Positions 10,259 through 20,114 of a DNA stretch of 64,000 bases are shown one piece after another. This DNA comes from Nitrospirales bacterium. Lineage in GTDB: Bacteria; Nitrospirota; Nitrospiria; Nitrospirales; UBA8639. Numbering within the stretch: the first letter of the stretch is position 1; the number at the start of each line of letters is the position of its first letter. Made by a program: the position numbers and the translations under genes. The notes beneath the pieces are model-generated. The model was given only the letters and a program-made list of their open reading frames with translations, was not told where the DNA came from and did not search any database. Location: positions 480,001 to 544,000 of the forward strand of contig CBDCWC010000003.1 in the NCBI GenBank assembly GCA_965223295.1, read 5' to 3'.

Positions 10259-10551
10259 AATTCCTCCTTACACAGACAAATGAAAAGTATCGTCAATTGG
10301 ATAATGTTTGGCGAGGCAGCAAATCGTTTCAATTTCTATTGAAATTCTACCTATTAAGCATGCGAAACACAAAAATATTGTAGCGGCTAAATTTTGAATG
10401 CGTCAACAGGACAGAAGACCTATGTGCTAAGCCATTCGGACCGACTGCTTGTCGTAAGGTAAGATGACTGATATTTGAATGAGAGTTGAGATTAGCAGTA
10501 AGATCTGTTCATTCCGCCATCATTTTTTCCTTTCCACTGTTACTGTTCAAG

Positions 10552-11490
10552 ATGCCCCAACATCATGCCAAACCTTCGGTTCTTTCGGCCTACGGAGCCT
10601 TGACCACCGCCGCAATGGTCTGGGGAGGATCTGTGGTTGCGCAAAAAGTTGCTCTTGGTCCATTTTCTCCCGTCGAGACCTCGGTCTTTCGTGGTCTCGG
10701 AGCTTTGGCGATTCTTATCCCACTATGGTTATGGACAGAAGGTAGCCAACGGTTTTCAATAAAAGACTGGGGCGTTTTCGGCCTCTTAGGATTGGGCGTG
10801 TTAGGCAATCATCTCTTGGTACTCTTTGGATTGCAATTCATTGCCGCTGGGTCCGCAGGAGTCATTATCGGGGCCAGCCCAGCCATCACAGCTTTTCTCT
10901 CGTCAATCATCCTAAAAGACGTCCCACTCCGCGTGATTTGGGTTGGATGTGTGGTCTCCTTTGTGGGCGTCGTTATCATCACCGGACAAAGTGGGCTCGT
11001 GGAGAATGGATCTCATCCACTATTGGGAGGGACGTTAGTCTTCTTTGCTTTGGTAAGTTGGGCCTTGTACACGATTGGGTGCCGACGAACAATGGGACGC
11101 TTTTCTCCCCTCACCGTTACCTGGACGACTCTCCTGATGTCCTTAGTGCTTGAAATTCCTATCCTTGCCATTAATCATAAAATACTGGTAGCAGGTATGG
11201 ATTCTGTGCCGATCTCAGGCTGGGTAGCACTAATCTATGTTATGGTGTTTGCCACAGCCTTGGGACAACAGGCTTGGCTCTATGGGGTAAATGGAGTCGG
11301 ACCATCCCAGGCAGGGATTTTTGGCAATTTGGTCCCTGTTTCGGCCCTGATATTTTCGTTTCTGATTTTAGGTGAGCCGGTTGGCGGGAGAGAAATCGCT
11401 GGGGTAGGATTGATTCTGTCAGGCGTGTGGCTGGTCAATCAACAGGCTCAGAAACATGCAACAAGACATTCAGCGCTATCGAAGGACTGA
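10552..11490 (+). CDS. DMT/EamA family transporter (start uncertain; ORF open from 10486)
   Basis: About 10 TM segments in two EamA repeats; WGGS, LVPVSA..LILGE. Confidence 0.88.
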   Translation: MPQHHAKPSVLSAYGALTTAAMVWGGSVVAQKVALGPFSPVETSVFRGLGALAILIPLWLWTEGSQRFSIKDWGVFGLLGLGVLGNHLLVLFGLQFIAAGSAGVIIGASPAITAFLSSIILKDVPLRVIWVGCVVSFVGVVIITGQSGLVENGSHPLLGGTLVFFALVSWALYTIGCRRTMGRFSPLTVTWTTLLMSLVLEIPILAINHKILVAGMDSVPISGWVALIYVMVFATALGQQAWLYGVNGVGPSQAGIFGNLVPVSALIFSFLILGEPVGGREIAGVGLILSGVWLVNQQAQKHATRHSALSKD

Positions 11491-11511
11491 GAGAGAGGAA
11501 CAGGACTCATT

Positions 11512-11904
11512 ATGTTGAAGGAACGGATAGAAGAAGTGACGCAGATGAATGAACAGTTTTATAAGGCGTTTGAAAATCTTGATGTTGGATTGATGGATTC
11601 GATCTGGGCTCATGAAGAATATGTCACATGCATCCATCCCGGTTGGAGCATTCGCGTGGGATGGCCCGCGGTGAGGGATTCATGGGTGGTGATTTTTAAT
11701 AATACGTTCTCGATGGAATTTGAGCTCACTGAATTACAAGTGCAAGTGGCGGCGGACGTTGCCTGGGTGATTTGCACGGAAAATATTGCGAGTCGGGTCG
11801 GCGAATCTCCTCAACAGAGCCAGGTCGTGGCCACCAACTTATTTGAGCGAATTGGCGATGAATGGAAAATGATCCACCATCATGGCTCTCCCCTGATGGA
11901 ATAG
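11512..11904 (+). CDS. NTF2/SnoaL-like protein
   Basis: FYKAFE.LD, CIHPGW, ATNLFE...WKMIHHHGS. Confidence 0.88.
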   Translation: MLKERIEEVTQMNEQFYKAFENLDVGLMDSIWAHEEYVTCIHPGWSIRVGWPAVRDSWVVIFNNTFSMEFELTELQVQVAADVAWVICTENIASRVGESPQQSQVVATNLFERIGDEWKMIHHHGSPLME

Positions 11905-11924
11905 GGTCGGAACCAACAGCTGTC

Positions 11925-12146
11925 TTAAGAGGCGGTGGTATGCAAAACAGTGTCGGCCCATTCTTCGACAATCGTGTCACGCTCATCCATGGTCATTGCA
12001 CTGTATTTCTTGAACATGCCCAGTCCACCCTTTTTTTTTCGCCACGTCAAAAACAATAAAAAATGTTCTTTGCAAATTGACCCCGTGCCAGCCGGTGCAT
12101 AGAGAGGTTCGGTGCATCCACCAATTAAACAAGATTCGGTACTCAT
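11925..12146 (-). CDS. Small hypothetical protein with possible Zn-binding Cys/His
   Basis: AAGGAG RBS; CxxxGC...CxxH pattern. Confidence 0.6.
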   Translation of the reverse strand: MSTESCLIGGCTEPLYAPAGTGSICKEHFLLFLTWRKKKGGLGMFKKYSAMTMDERDTIVEEWADTVLHTTAS

Positions 12147-12376
12147 CTGATCTCCTTTAAAAGACTGATGGTTGTGTGTCCTTTAGAAGTATGCCGAACT
12201 AGAAGAACTGAAGGCAATCATTATGGTCTTAGGAGGCCCTCCATTCCGAGATCCAGTGAGCCAGACTCGGCTCCCTTGCGTTCTCCCGTATAAGGCGGGT
12301 ATCGTAGGTTCCCTATTTGTCGGAACTGTCCGGACATCGGCTTATTTTATTGTGTCTCAGCAAAGGAGTGTGTGTT

Positions 12377-12856
12377 GTGTTGACAGCTAAAGATGTGTTT
12401 GAACAAACAAAAACGGCCGCCTTGGCTGCTACGGACGAGGACGAGAAGCCGCTTCAAATTGACTATGCCGCCCTCGAGGGAAAAATTGAACGAACGTTGG
12501 GGGGCCGAAACATTGAATTGCTCCATATCAATAAATTTCTTCCGGAAGGGTATGAAGATCAAGGTCGGTTCAATGTCCTTATTATGTCACGAGGGCATGT
12601 GTTGTTCGACCTGATCATTGGTGATTCCTATTTTCGATATGATGTCTTTTCCTGTCGTGACTTGGACAAGATTCAGCTAATCGATGGGACCTGGGATAAT
12701 AAGGAAAACCGCACACAAGATATGTTTCTGAGCCTACGACTCATGCATGGAGACGAAGCTCATATTTTGTTGGCGCTGAGTGACGAGGAACGGGAACCCG
12801 TTTTGAAGTTTGCCGATAAAATTTCCCAAGGCCGACATCCCGAAAAATCATCCTGA
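12377..12856 (+). CDS. Hypothetical protein
   Basis: AAGGAG RBS then GTG at 12377; ORF open from 12317. Confidence 0.65.
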   Translation: MLTAKDVFEQTKTAALAATDEDEKPLQIDYAALEGKIERTLGGRNIELLHINKFLPEGYEDQGRFNVLIMSRGHVLFDLIIGDSYFRYDVFSCRDLDKIQLIDGTWDNKENRTQDMFLSLRLMHGDEAHILLALSDEEREPVLKFADKISQGRHPEKSS

Positions 12857-12858
12857 AT

Positions 12859-13019
12859 GGGTCTGTTGAAAAAGGCCGCCAGCGGCGTTCCCTGCCTTCG
12901 CCGGAGCGACTTCGCGCAGGCAAGCGGACTTTTTTGAACCCGAACCGCCCCGACGCTGTTGATTGCCAAGGGCTTCTTGGCAAAATGTGGCCGTTGATAT
13001 CTTCATTGTTCAATACCCC
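12859..13019 (+). repeat. Family A repeat, copy 3 (short core variant plus tail)
   Basis: GGGTCTGTTGAAAAAGGCCGCCAGCGGCGTTC...CGGACTTTTTTGAAC...TTGATATCTTCATTGTTCAATACCC. Confidence 0.85.
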
Positions 13020-13149
13020 CGCATAGAAGGTTATGGTATTTTAACTGACGAATTCAGAAACTCCTTCGCTCTTTCGGGAAAAAGCTTTGGAGGAAGGTAA
13101 AGATTCCTCAATAGCATAACCACTATTCGTCTGGAACTTGAGAAACCGA

Positions 13150-14244
13150 CTACGGTTTCGTGAAGGGTAGAGCCGCAACAGATGCCGAAAGCTTCTTGTC
13201 TTCTGTTGCTATCTCTAATTGAGTGCCAGGTGGGGTAAAATCTCGCAACGGAAATCCTAAGGCAATAGGTTTTTGAAGAAGGGGGGAGAAGGTCGAACTT
13301 GAGACCCATCCAACTTCACGTGTCCCCGAAAAGAGTTTCGTGCCAGGTTCTGGAAAATCATTTTCTGTTCCTTCGATCACCAAACCGACAAGCCTCCGTT
13401 TAACCGACCCGTAGGTATCCATTCGGGCCACAACCTCCTGTCCAGGGTAACAACCTTTCGATAAACTAAAGGCACTCCCTTCTAAGTTGGCTTCAGGCGG
13501 CACGATCCGGTCATTGATATCCGGACCCAATCGAGGCAACCCGGCTTCAATTCGTGCTGTTTCACGTATCTCTCTCCCAATGGGTTTCAACCCTAGTGGC
13601 TCCTCTGTATTCAAAAGATGTGCCCACAACGATGGGAGCGTTTCTAGTGGCGCGAACAGTTCAAAGTCAGTGTTTCCCGTCTCATCGGTCTTGGCAAGAA
13701 AACCCTCTTTGCCTTCAAAGCTAAAAGACAATGATTGGAGAGATTCTAACTCCTCGACTTTTAGGCTTAAGGCTGTTTTCAGAATTTCTACAGCCTTGGG
13801 TCCGGTGAGAAGAAGGAGCCCATGGGTTTCGATGCCTTTGGCCATCTTGGCCTTTGTGCCATAGAGCAGAAACTTTCGAAAAGCGGTATATGTTTGCTCG
13901 CCGATCTCACCAACATCCTCAATCACCACTGCCTCTGGACGGATGAATACGCGAAAGTAAGACAGGATTTTCCCCTTATGATCCATAAAGGTAGAATATC
14001 GGCCTTGGCCTGGTTGGAGTGGAAGAATGTCTTGGCTAATGATGCTTTGCAGCCAGGTGATTCGATCGTCACCTGTCACAACGACTCTTCCTCGAGATGA
14101 GAGATCTGCTATCCCAGCACTCGTGTGGATGGCTTCGTACTCTGCTTGTGGGTCGCCATAGTGAGCGGGAAGTTCCCAGTCGTCATGAGATTGGAATATA
14201 GCTCCAACGGCCTGATGCTGCTCGTGAAGGGGAAGGGTTTTCAT
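13150..14244 (-). CDS. Folate-binding YgfZ/GcvT-family aminomethyltransferase-like protein
   Basis: KGCYPGQEVVAR YgfZ signature; GcvT-like N-terminus. Confidence 0.9.
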   Translation of the reverse strand: MKTLPLHEQHQAVGAIFQSHDDWELPAHYGDPQAEYEAIHTSAGIADLSSRGRVVVTGDDRITWLQSIISQDILPLQPGQGRYSTFMDHKGKILSYFRVFIRPEAVVIEDVGEIGEQTYTAFRKFLLYGTKAKMAKGIETHGLLLLTGPKAVEILKTALSLKVEELESLQSLSFSFEGKEGFLAKTDETGNTDFELFAPLETLPSLWAHLLNTEEPLGLKPIGREIRETARIEAGLPRLGPDINDRIVPPEANLEGSAFSLSKGCYPGQEVVARMDTYGSVKRRLVGLVIEGTENDFPEPGTKLFSGTREVGWVSSSTFSPLLQKPIALGFPLRDFTPPGTQLEIATEDKKLSASVAALPFTKP

Positions 14245-14624
14245 GAGGCAGTTGAGGCGGTGACCTCTTCAAACAAAGCCAGGGTTCTAGCCGAGAACTC
14301 ATTACGTGACACCACTTTTTGAATACCCAGTTCTTTAGCCAATTGCCATGATCCGACTTCTTCATGATTGGCAAAGGCCAAAATAGGAAGCGATTCTGTT
14401 TGAGGTGAAGCTTTAAGAGCCTTCAAGATATCTGGTATAAGCAATCGGTCATCATTCATATTGACGATCATCCCGACAGGCTGACTCTGGGCGGCTTTTT
14501 CTTGCCAATCATCAGCATTGCGAATTCGCTCAAGTTTATACCCAGCAGGGAAAAATGCATCGCGAATTTTCGTATAGAAAAATATATCACTCACAGCCAC
14601 AAGAATCGTTTTGGGTTCGCTCAT
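14241..14624 (-). CDS. Stand-alone CheY-like receiver-fold protein, probably a pseudo-receiver
   Basis: ILVAVSD...IVNMND...TESLPILAF..H...AKELG; ATGA overlap with the ygfZ-like gene. Confidence 0.7.
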   Translation of the reverse strand: MSEPKTILVAVSDIFFYTKIRDAFFPAGYKLERIRNADDWQEKAAQSQPVGMIVNMNDDRLLIPDILKALKASPQTESLPILAFANHEEVGSWQLAKELGIQKVVSRNEFSARTLALFEEVTASTAS

Positions 14625-14676
14625 AGAATCAGCCTTACGAATTGATTATTTGGAGGACTATAAAACTTTGCGCGTC

Positions 14677-14745
14677 GTCATTCCCGTGAAAACGGGAATC
14701 CAAGTTTGCTGAGGTTTTCTGGATACCGGCCTACGCGAGTATGAC
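14677..14745. repeat. GTCATTCCCG-type palindromic repeat doublet (RPE/dRS3-like)
   Basis: GTCATTCCCGTGAAAACGGGAATCCA...TGGATACCGGCCTACGCGAGTATGAC. Confidence 0.7.
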
Positions 14746-14789
14746 CAGAGTGAGAAAATTGTGCCTTCATGGCTTCACAGACAAAAGGG

Positions 14790-15323
14790 TCAATTCATTA
14801 ATGTAAGAATACGCATCAACGCTTGCTTGGCCGCCTTATACTCGGGATTGAGGGCCAGCGATTTTTTGTAAGACTCGACAGCCTTGTCCCATTCTCCCTG
14901 CCGCTCATATACTCGCCCAAGATTCATATGAGGAAAGTTCGGGTTTTCATAGCGTTTGGCATTCATGGCTTTTTCCAGCCAAGGAATCGCCTCATCTAGT
15001 TGATTCAGTTCAATCAAATACACACCAATGTCATTGTACGGATTTCCGAAATCAGGATCTTGTTGAATCGCCTTGTGGCATTCTTCAATCGCTTCATTCA
15101 GTTGCCCCATAAAGCTATAGGTCCAGCCTAAAAATGTATAAGCTTCTGCTGTTGGATGTGCATTTAGTGATTGTTTATAAGTCTCAACGGCTTGTTCCAA
15201 TTGTCCCTTCATTTGAAGTTCGTATGCTTGTTGAAACAGATTCCAAGCGGCAATTTTGTCCTCTTCTTTTCCGTCGCCTTGATCGATGAAATCTTGTACA
15301 TCCATAACGATGTCGTCATGCAC
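14790..15323 (-). CDS. TPR repeat protein
   Basis: About four TPR repeats (AEAYTFLGW, PYNDIG, PHMNLGRVYE). Confidence 0.9.
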   Translation of the reverse strand: MHDDIVMDVQDFIDQGDGKEEDKIAAWNLFQQAYELQMKGQLEQAVETYKQSLNAHPTAEAYTFLGWTYSFMGQLNEAIEECHKAIQQDPDFGNPYNDIGVYLIELNQLDEAIPWLEKAMNAKRYENPNFPHMNLGRVYERQGEWDKAVESYKKSLALNPEYKAAKQALMRILTLMN

Positions 15324-15340
15324 TTGCCTTAAAATGTTCG

Positions 15341-16141
15341 CTACTCTCCTTTGAGTTTTTGACGAACCAGCTCTGCAGCACGTCGACCTGACAAGAGCAT
15401 AGAACCAAACGCCGGCCCCATTCGAGGAGAACCATCAACCGCCGCAACAGCAAGGCCAGTCACGAAACAGTTGGGATAGATTTCCCTGGTGTTTTCCACG
15501 ACAAGAGCCTCAGATTTGGCAATCCACATGGCTCCATTGCCTGGAACTTTTGTGTGGAGGTTTCTTCGATTGAGAAGATCCACCACAACAGCATCATGGC
15601 CCGTCGCATCCACAACGATTTGACTTTCAAGCGCGATAGGATCGACATGAATAATATCATGCCCCGCCATCTCTGCAGTGGTATTATTGACAACCACACC
15701 TTCCAATGACCCGGCTTCCCGCACAATGAGGTCCAACACGCGAGTCAAATTCATCACCTTGACCCCTGCTTCATAAGCTGCAGCGATGAGACGAGCGGTA
15801 GCATGAGGAGGATCGACTATCGTCATGCCATCGCATTCTTTAATAGGTTTGTAGGGTATCCCAAGTTGTTCCAAGATTGAGTCAGCTGGGGAGCAGATGG
15901 TAGCTTTGTTCATGAGGTAACCACCCGACCAAAACCCTCCTCCAAGTGCTAAACCCTGTTCAATGAGTAATGTCTTGAATCCTTGTTCAGCCAAATCTCT
16001 GGCACATAACAATCCAGAGGGCCCTGCCCCAACAATGATGACATCGCTTTCGATCAGTTGATCAAACTCTTTGTAATATTCTCGCGCGATGTGACGCGTG
16101 ACATCACGTTCACGGAGGGGTGCCATTTTCATCTGACTCAT
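15341..16141 (-). CDS. thi4: Sulfide-dependent ADP-thiazole synthase (Thi4 family)
   Basis: GAGPSGL, GGGFWSGG, HVDP, DATGHDA, PRMGPAFGSMLLSG; lies downstream of thiC. Confidence 0.92.
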   Translation of the reverse strand: MSQMKMAPLRERDVTRHIAREYYKEFDQLIESDVIIVGAGPSGLLCARDLAEQGFKTLLIEQGLALGGGFWSGGYLMNKATICSPADSILEQLGIPYKPIKECDGMTIVDPPHATARLIAAAYEAGVKVMNLTRVLDLIVREAGSLEGVVVNNTTAEMAGHDIIHVDPIALESQIVVDATGHDAVVVDLLNRRNLHTKVPGNGAMWIAKSEALVVENTREIYPNCFVTGLAVAAVDGSPRMGPAFGSMLLSGRRAAELVRQKLKGE

Positions 16142-16165
16142 ATAGGCTCTTTCTATAAGAATCTC

Positions 16166-18130
<1,965 letters not shown>

Positions 18131-18139
18131 TCAAAGTCA

Positions 18140-18330
18140 GGGGCTGTTGAAAAAAACCGCCAGCGGCGTTCTCGCTATTTTTCCGTCCTCACATAATGCC
18201 AGTATGCTCCGCGCGCAAAAATAGCTGCGGCCTTGCTGAACGGACTATTTTGAACAGCCCCGAGACCTCTAGCATGTTACGTCTCAGAGACTAAATGTGG
18301 CCATTGATATCATTATCATTCAACAGTCCC
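18140..18330 (+). repeat. Family A repeat, copy 4, inside the thiC 5' leader
   Basis: GGGGCTGTTGAAAA...TTTTGAACAGCCCC (18140-18261) plus tail ending TTCAACAGTCCC. Confidence 0.88.
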
Positions 18331-18360
18331 CTTCAAACGATAATGGCTGCCAGGAGAAGA

Positions 18361-18395
18361 AATAAAAAAGGCCACATTCGGTAAGAATGCGGCCT
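18361..18395 (-). terminator. Intrinsic terminator, likely riboswitch expression platform
   Basis: Minus strand AGGCCGCATTC-TTACC-GAATGTGGCC followed by a T-run. Confidence 0.8.
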
Positions 18396-18414
18396 GAACT
18401 TTCGTACTTTCTTT

Positions 18415-18503
18415 GCCGCTTCCCTACGCTGGTATTATCCAGGTCAGGTATGAGGGTCGTCCAACTCTTGATTGGACATCTCAGCGAAAACGCTCCCCTA
18501 GCC
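18415..18503 (-). promoter_or_regulatory. TPP riboswitch (THI box)
   Basis: Minus strand CTAGGGGAGC...GCTGAGA...ACCCTCATACCTGACCTGGATAATACCAGCGTAGGGAAG upstream of thiC. Confidence 0.96.
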
Positions 18504-18674
18504 TTTTTTGTCAATGCTAACGCCCCACCTGGACCTTGTCAATGAGGCGAGAGGGCTCTCTATTTATTAGTGACAGGTAGAAAGTCCCATGAAGTCTGCG
18601 CCTTTTTCAACTATGCAAGATCTGGTATGATACAAAGTTATCTCTTCACGTTCTTAAGTTTTTGGGGGGCTACT

Positions 18675-19826
18675 ATGAGCCAACTATTGAACCCGACTAG
18701 TTTAGACATAAAAGAAAACGCTGCGGACGCTTCTAACAGTCCTGAATTACCTATCGCGGATTATGAAGACCTTTCCGCTGAAGAGCTTTTCGAGAGGATC
18801 GTGACAGCCAAGAAGACTCTGGGTGATCAAGTTTTGGTTTTGGGACATAACTATCAGCGGGATGAAGTGATTGTTCATGCTGACTTGCGGGGAGATTCGT
18901 TATTACTCTCCAAGTTAGCGGCTGAACGGTCAGAATTTCCCCATGTCGTGTTTTGTGGCGTGCATTTCATGGCAGAGACGGCTGACATCCTGAGCCGCTC
19001 GAAGCAAACTGTGATTTTGCCGGATTTGAATGCAGGTTGCTCGATGGCTGATATGGCCGCAATTGAGCAGGTAGATGAATGTTGGGACGCGCTCGGTCAA
19101 GTTTTGTCAGTTGAGGACATGGTCACACCCGTCGTTTATGTCAATTCAGCGGCCGATCTCAAAGCCTTTTGCGGTGAACATGGGGGAATCACCTGTACCT
19201 CGTCAAACGCCAAAGCGGTCATGGATTGGGCTTGGTCCAGAAGAGAAAAAATTCTCTTCTTCCCAGATGAACATCTTGGCCGGAATGTTGCCAACAAAAT
19301 GGGATTTCCCAAAGATGAAATGGTCGTGTGGGATCCCTTTAAAAATAATGGCGGCAATTCAGCAGAAGCCATTCGGAAGGCACGGCTAATTCTTTGGAAA
19401 GGGCATTGTAGTGTGCATCAAATGTTCCAGCCGAATCATGTGGATTATTTCAGAAAGCAAAATCCTGGCATCCAAGTCATTGTGCATCCTGAATGTCATG
19501 AAGATGTGGTGAATAAGGCCGATTTTGTCGGATCAACGGAATACATTATTCAAACCGTGTCCAAGGCGCCAGCCGGAACAGCTTGGGTAGTAGGAACCGA
19601 ATTAAATTTGGTGAACCGTTTGAAGGCAGACCAAACAGACAAGAAAGTCTTCTTTCTTTCGCCCATGGTCTGCCGCTGCGCCACCATGTTCCGCATTGAT
19701 GCGCCGCACCTATGTTGGGCTATGGAAAATTTGGCTCAAGGACAGGTCGTCAACCATATTTCAGTACCAGATGACGAAAAGGTGCTCGCAAAGATAGCGT
19801 TAGAACGCATGATGGCCTTGAGTTAA
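18675..19826 (+). CDS. nadA: Quinolinate synthase
   Basis: GHNYQRDEV, FCGVHFMAET, AGCSMAD, YVNS, VHPEC, GTE; start taken at ATG 18675. Confidence 0.96.
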   Translation: MSQLLNPTSLDIKENAADASNSPELPIADYEDLSAEELFERIVTAKKTLGDQVLVLGHNYQRDEVIVHADLRGDSLLLSKLAAERSEFPHVVFCGVHFMAETADILSRSKQTVILPDLNAGCSMADMAAIEQVDECWDALGQVLSVEDMVTPVVYVNSAADLKAFCGEHGGITCTSSNAKAVMDWAWSRREKILFFPDEHLGRNVANKMGFPKDEMVVWDPFKNNGGNSAEAIRKARLILWKGHCSVHQMFQPNHVDYFRKQNPGIQVIVHPECHEDVVNKADFVGSTEYIIQTVSKAPAGTAWVVGTELNLVNRLKADQTDKKVFFLSPMVCRCATMFRIDAPHLCWAMENLAQGQVVNHISVPDDEKVLAKIALERMMALS

Positions 19827-19925
19827 TCCTCCCTCCTTCCTTTCTCGATTGAGACCCTTTCCTGACTTATGAAACAGATGGTTTTAGTGTGAGCAAAATG
19901 GGGAGTGAGTGAGCATGCTGACATT

Positions 19926-19961
19926 CTCCTCCTTTGTAAGGAGGAGCTAAGGGAGGTAGAG
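19926..19961 (-). repeat. Family C short hairpin repeat
   Basis: CTCCTCCTTTGTAAGGAGGAGCTAAGGGAGGTAGAG is nearly the reverse complement of 24431-24467. Confidence 0.75.
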
Positions 19962-20114
19962 ACTGCGAACTCCCATTAGCTTTCAACATAATTCACCACG
20001 ACTAATAGACCTTCTATGATTGTTGATTACTCTTACAATGAATGCTGTTTGACGGGTTTCTAGACCACGGCTAGAATGACGTGATGGTGAGATACGCCCC
20101 TGCGAGACTTTTGC

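Noticed and set aside
18570-18674. N-terminal extensions from the ORF track (nadA, lspA, ccmB, ccmC, ccmE, ccmG, O-methyltransferase, porin)
   Set aside because: Downstream starts fit better with RBS position, gene overlaps and family N-termini.
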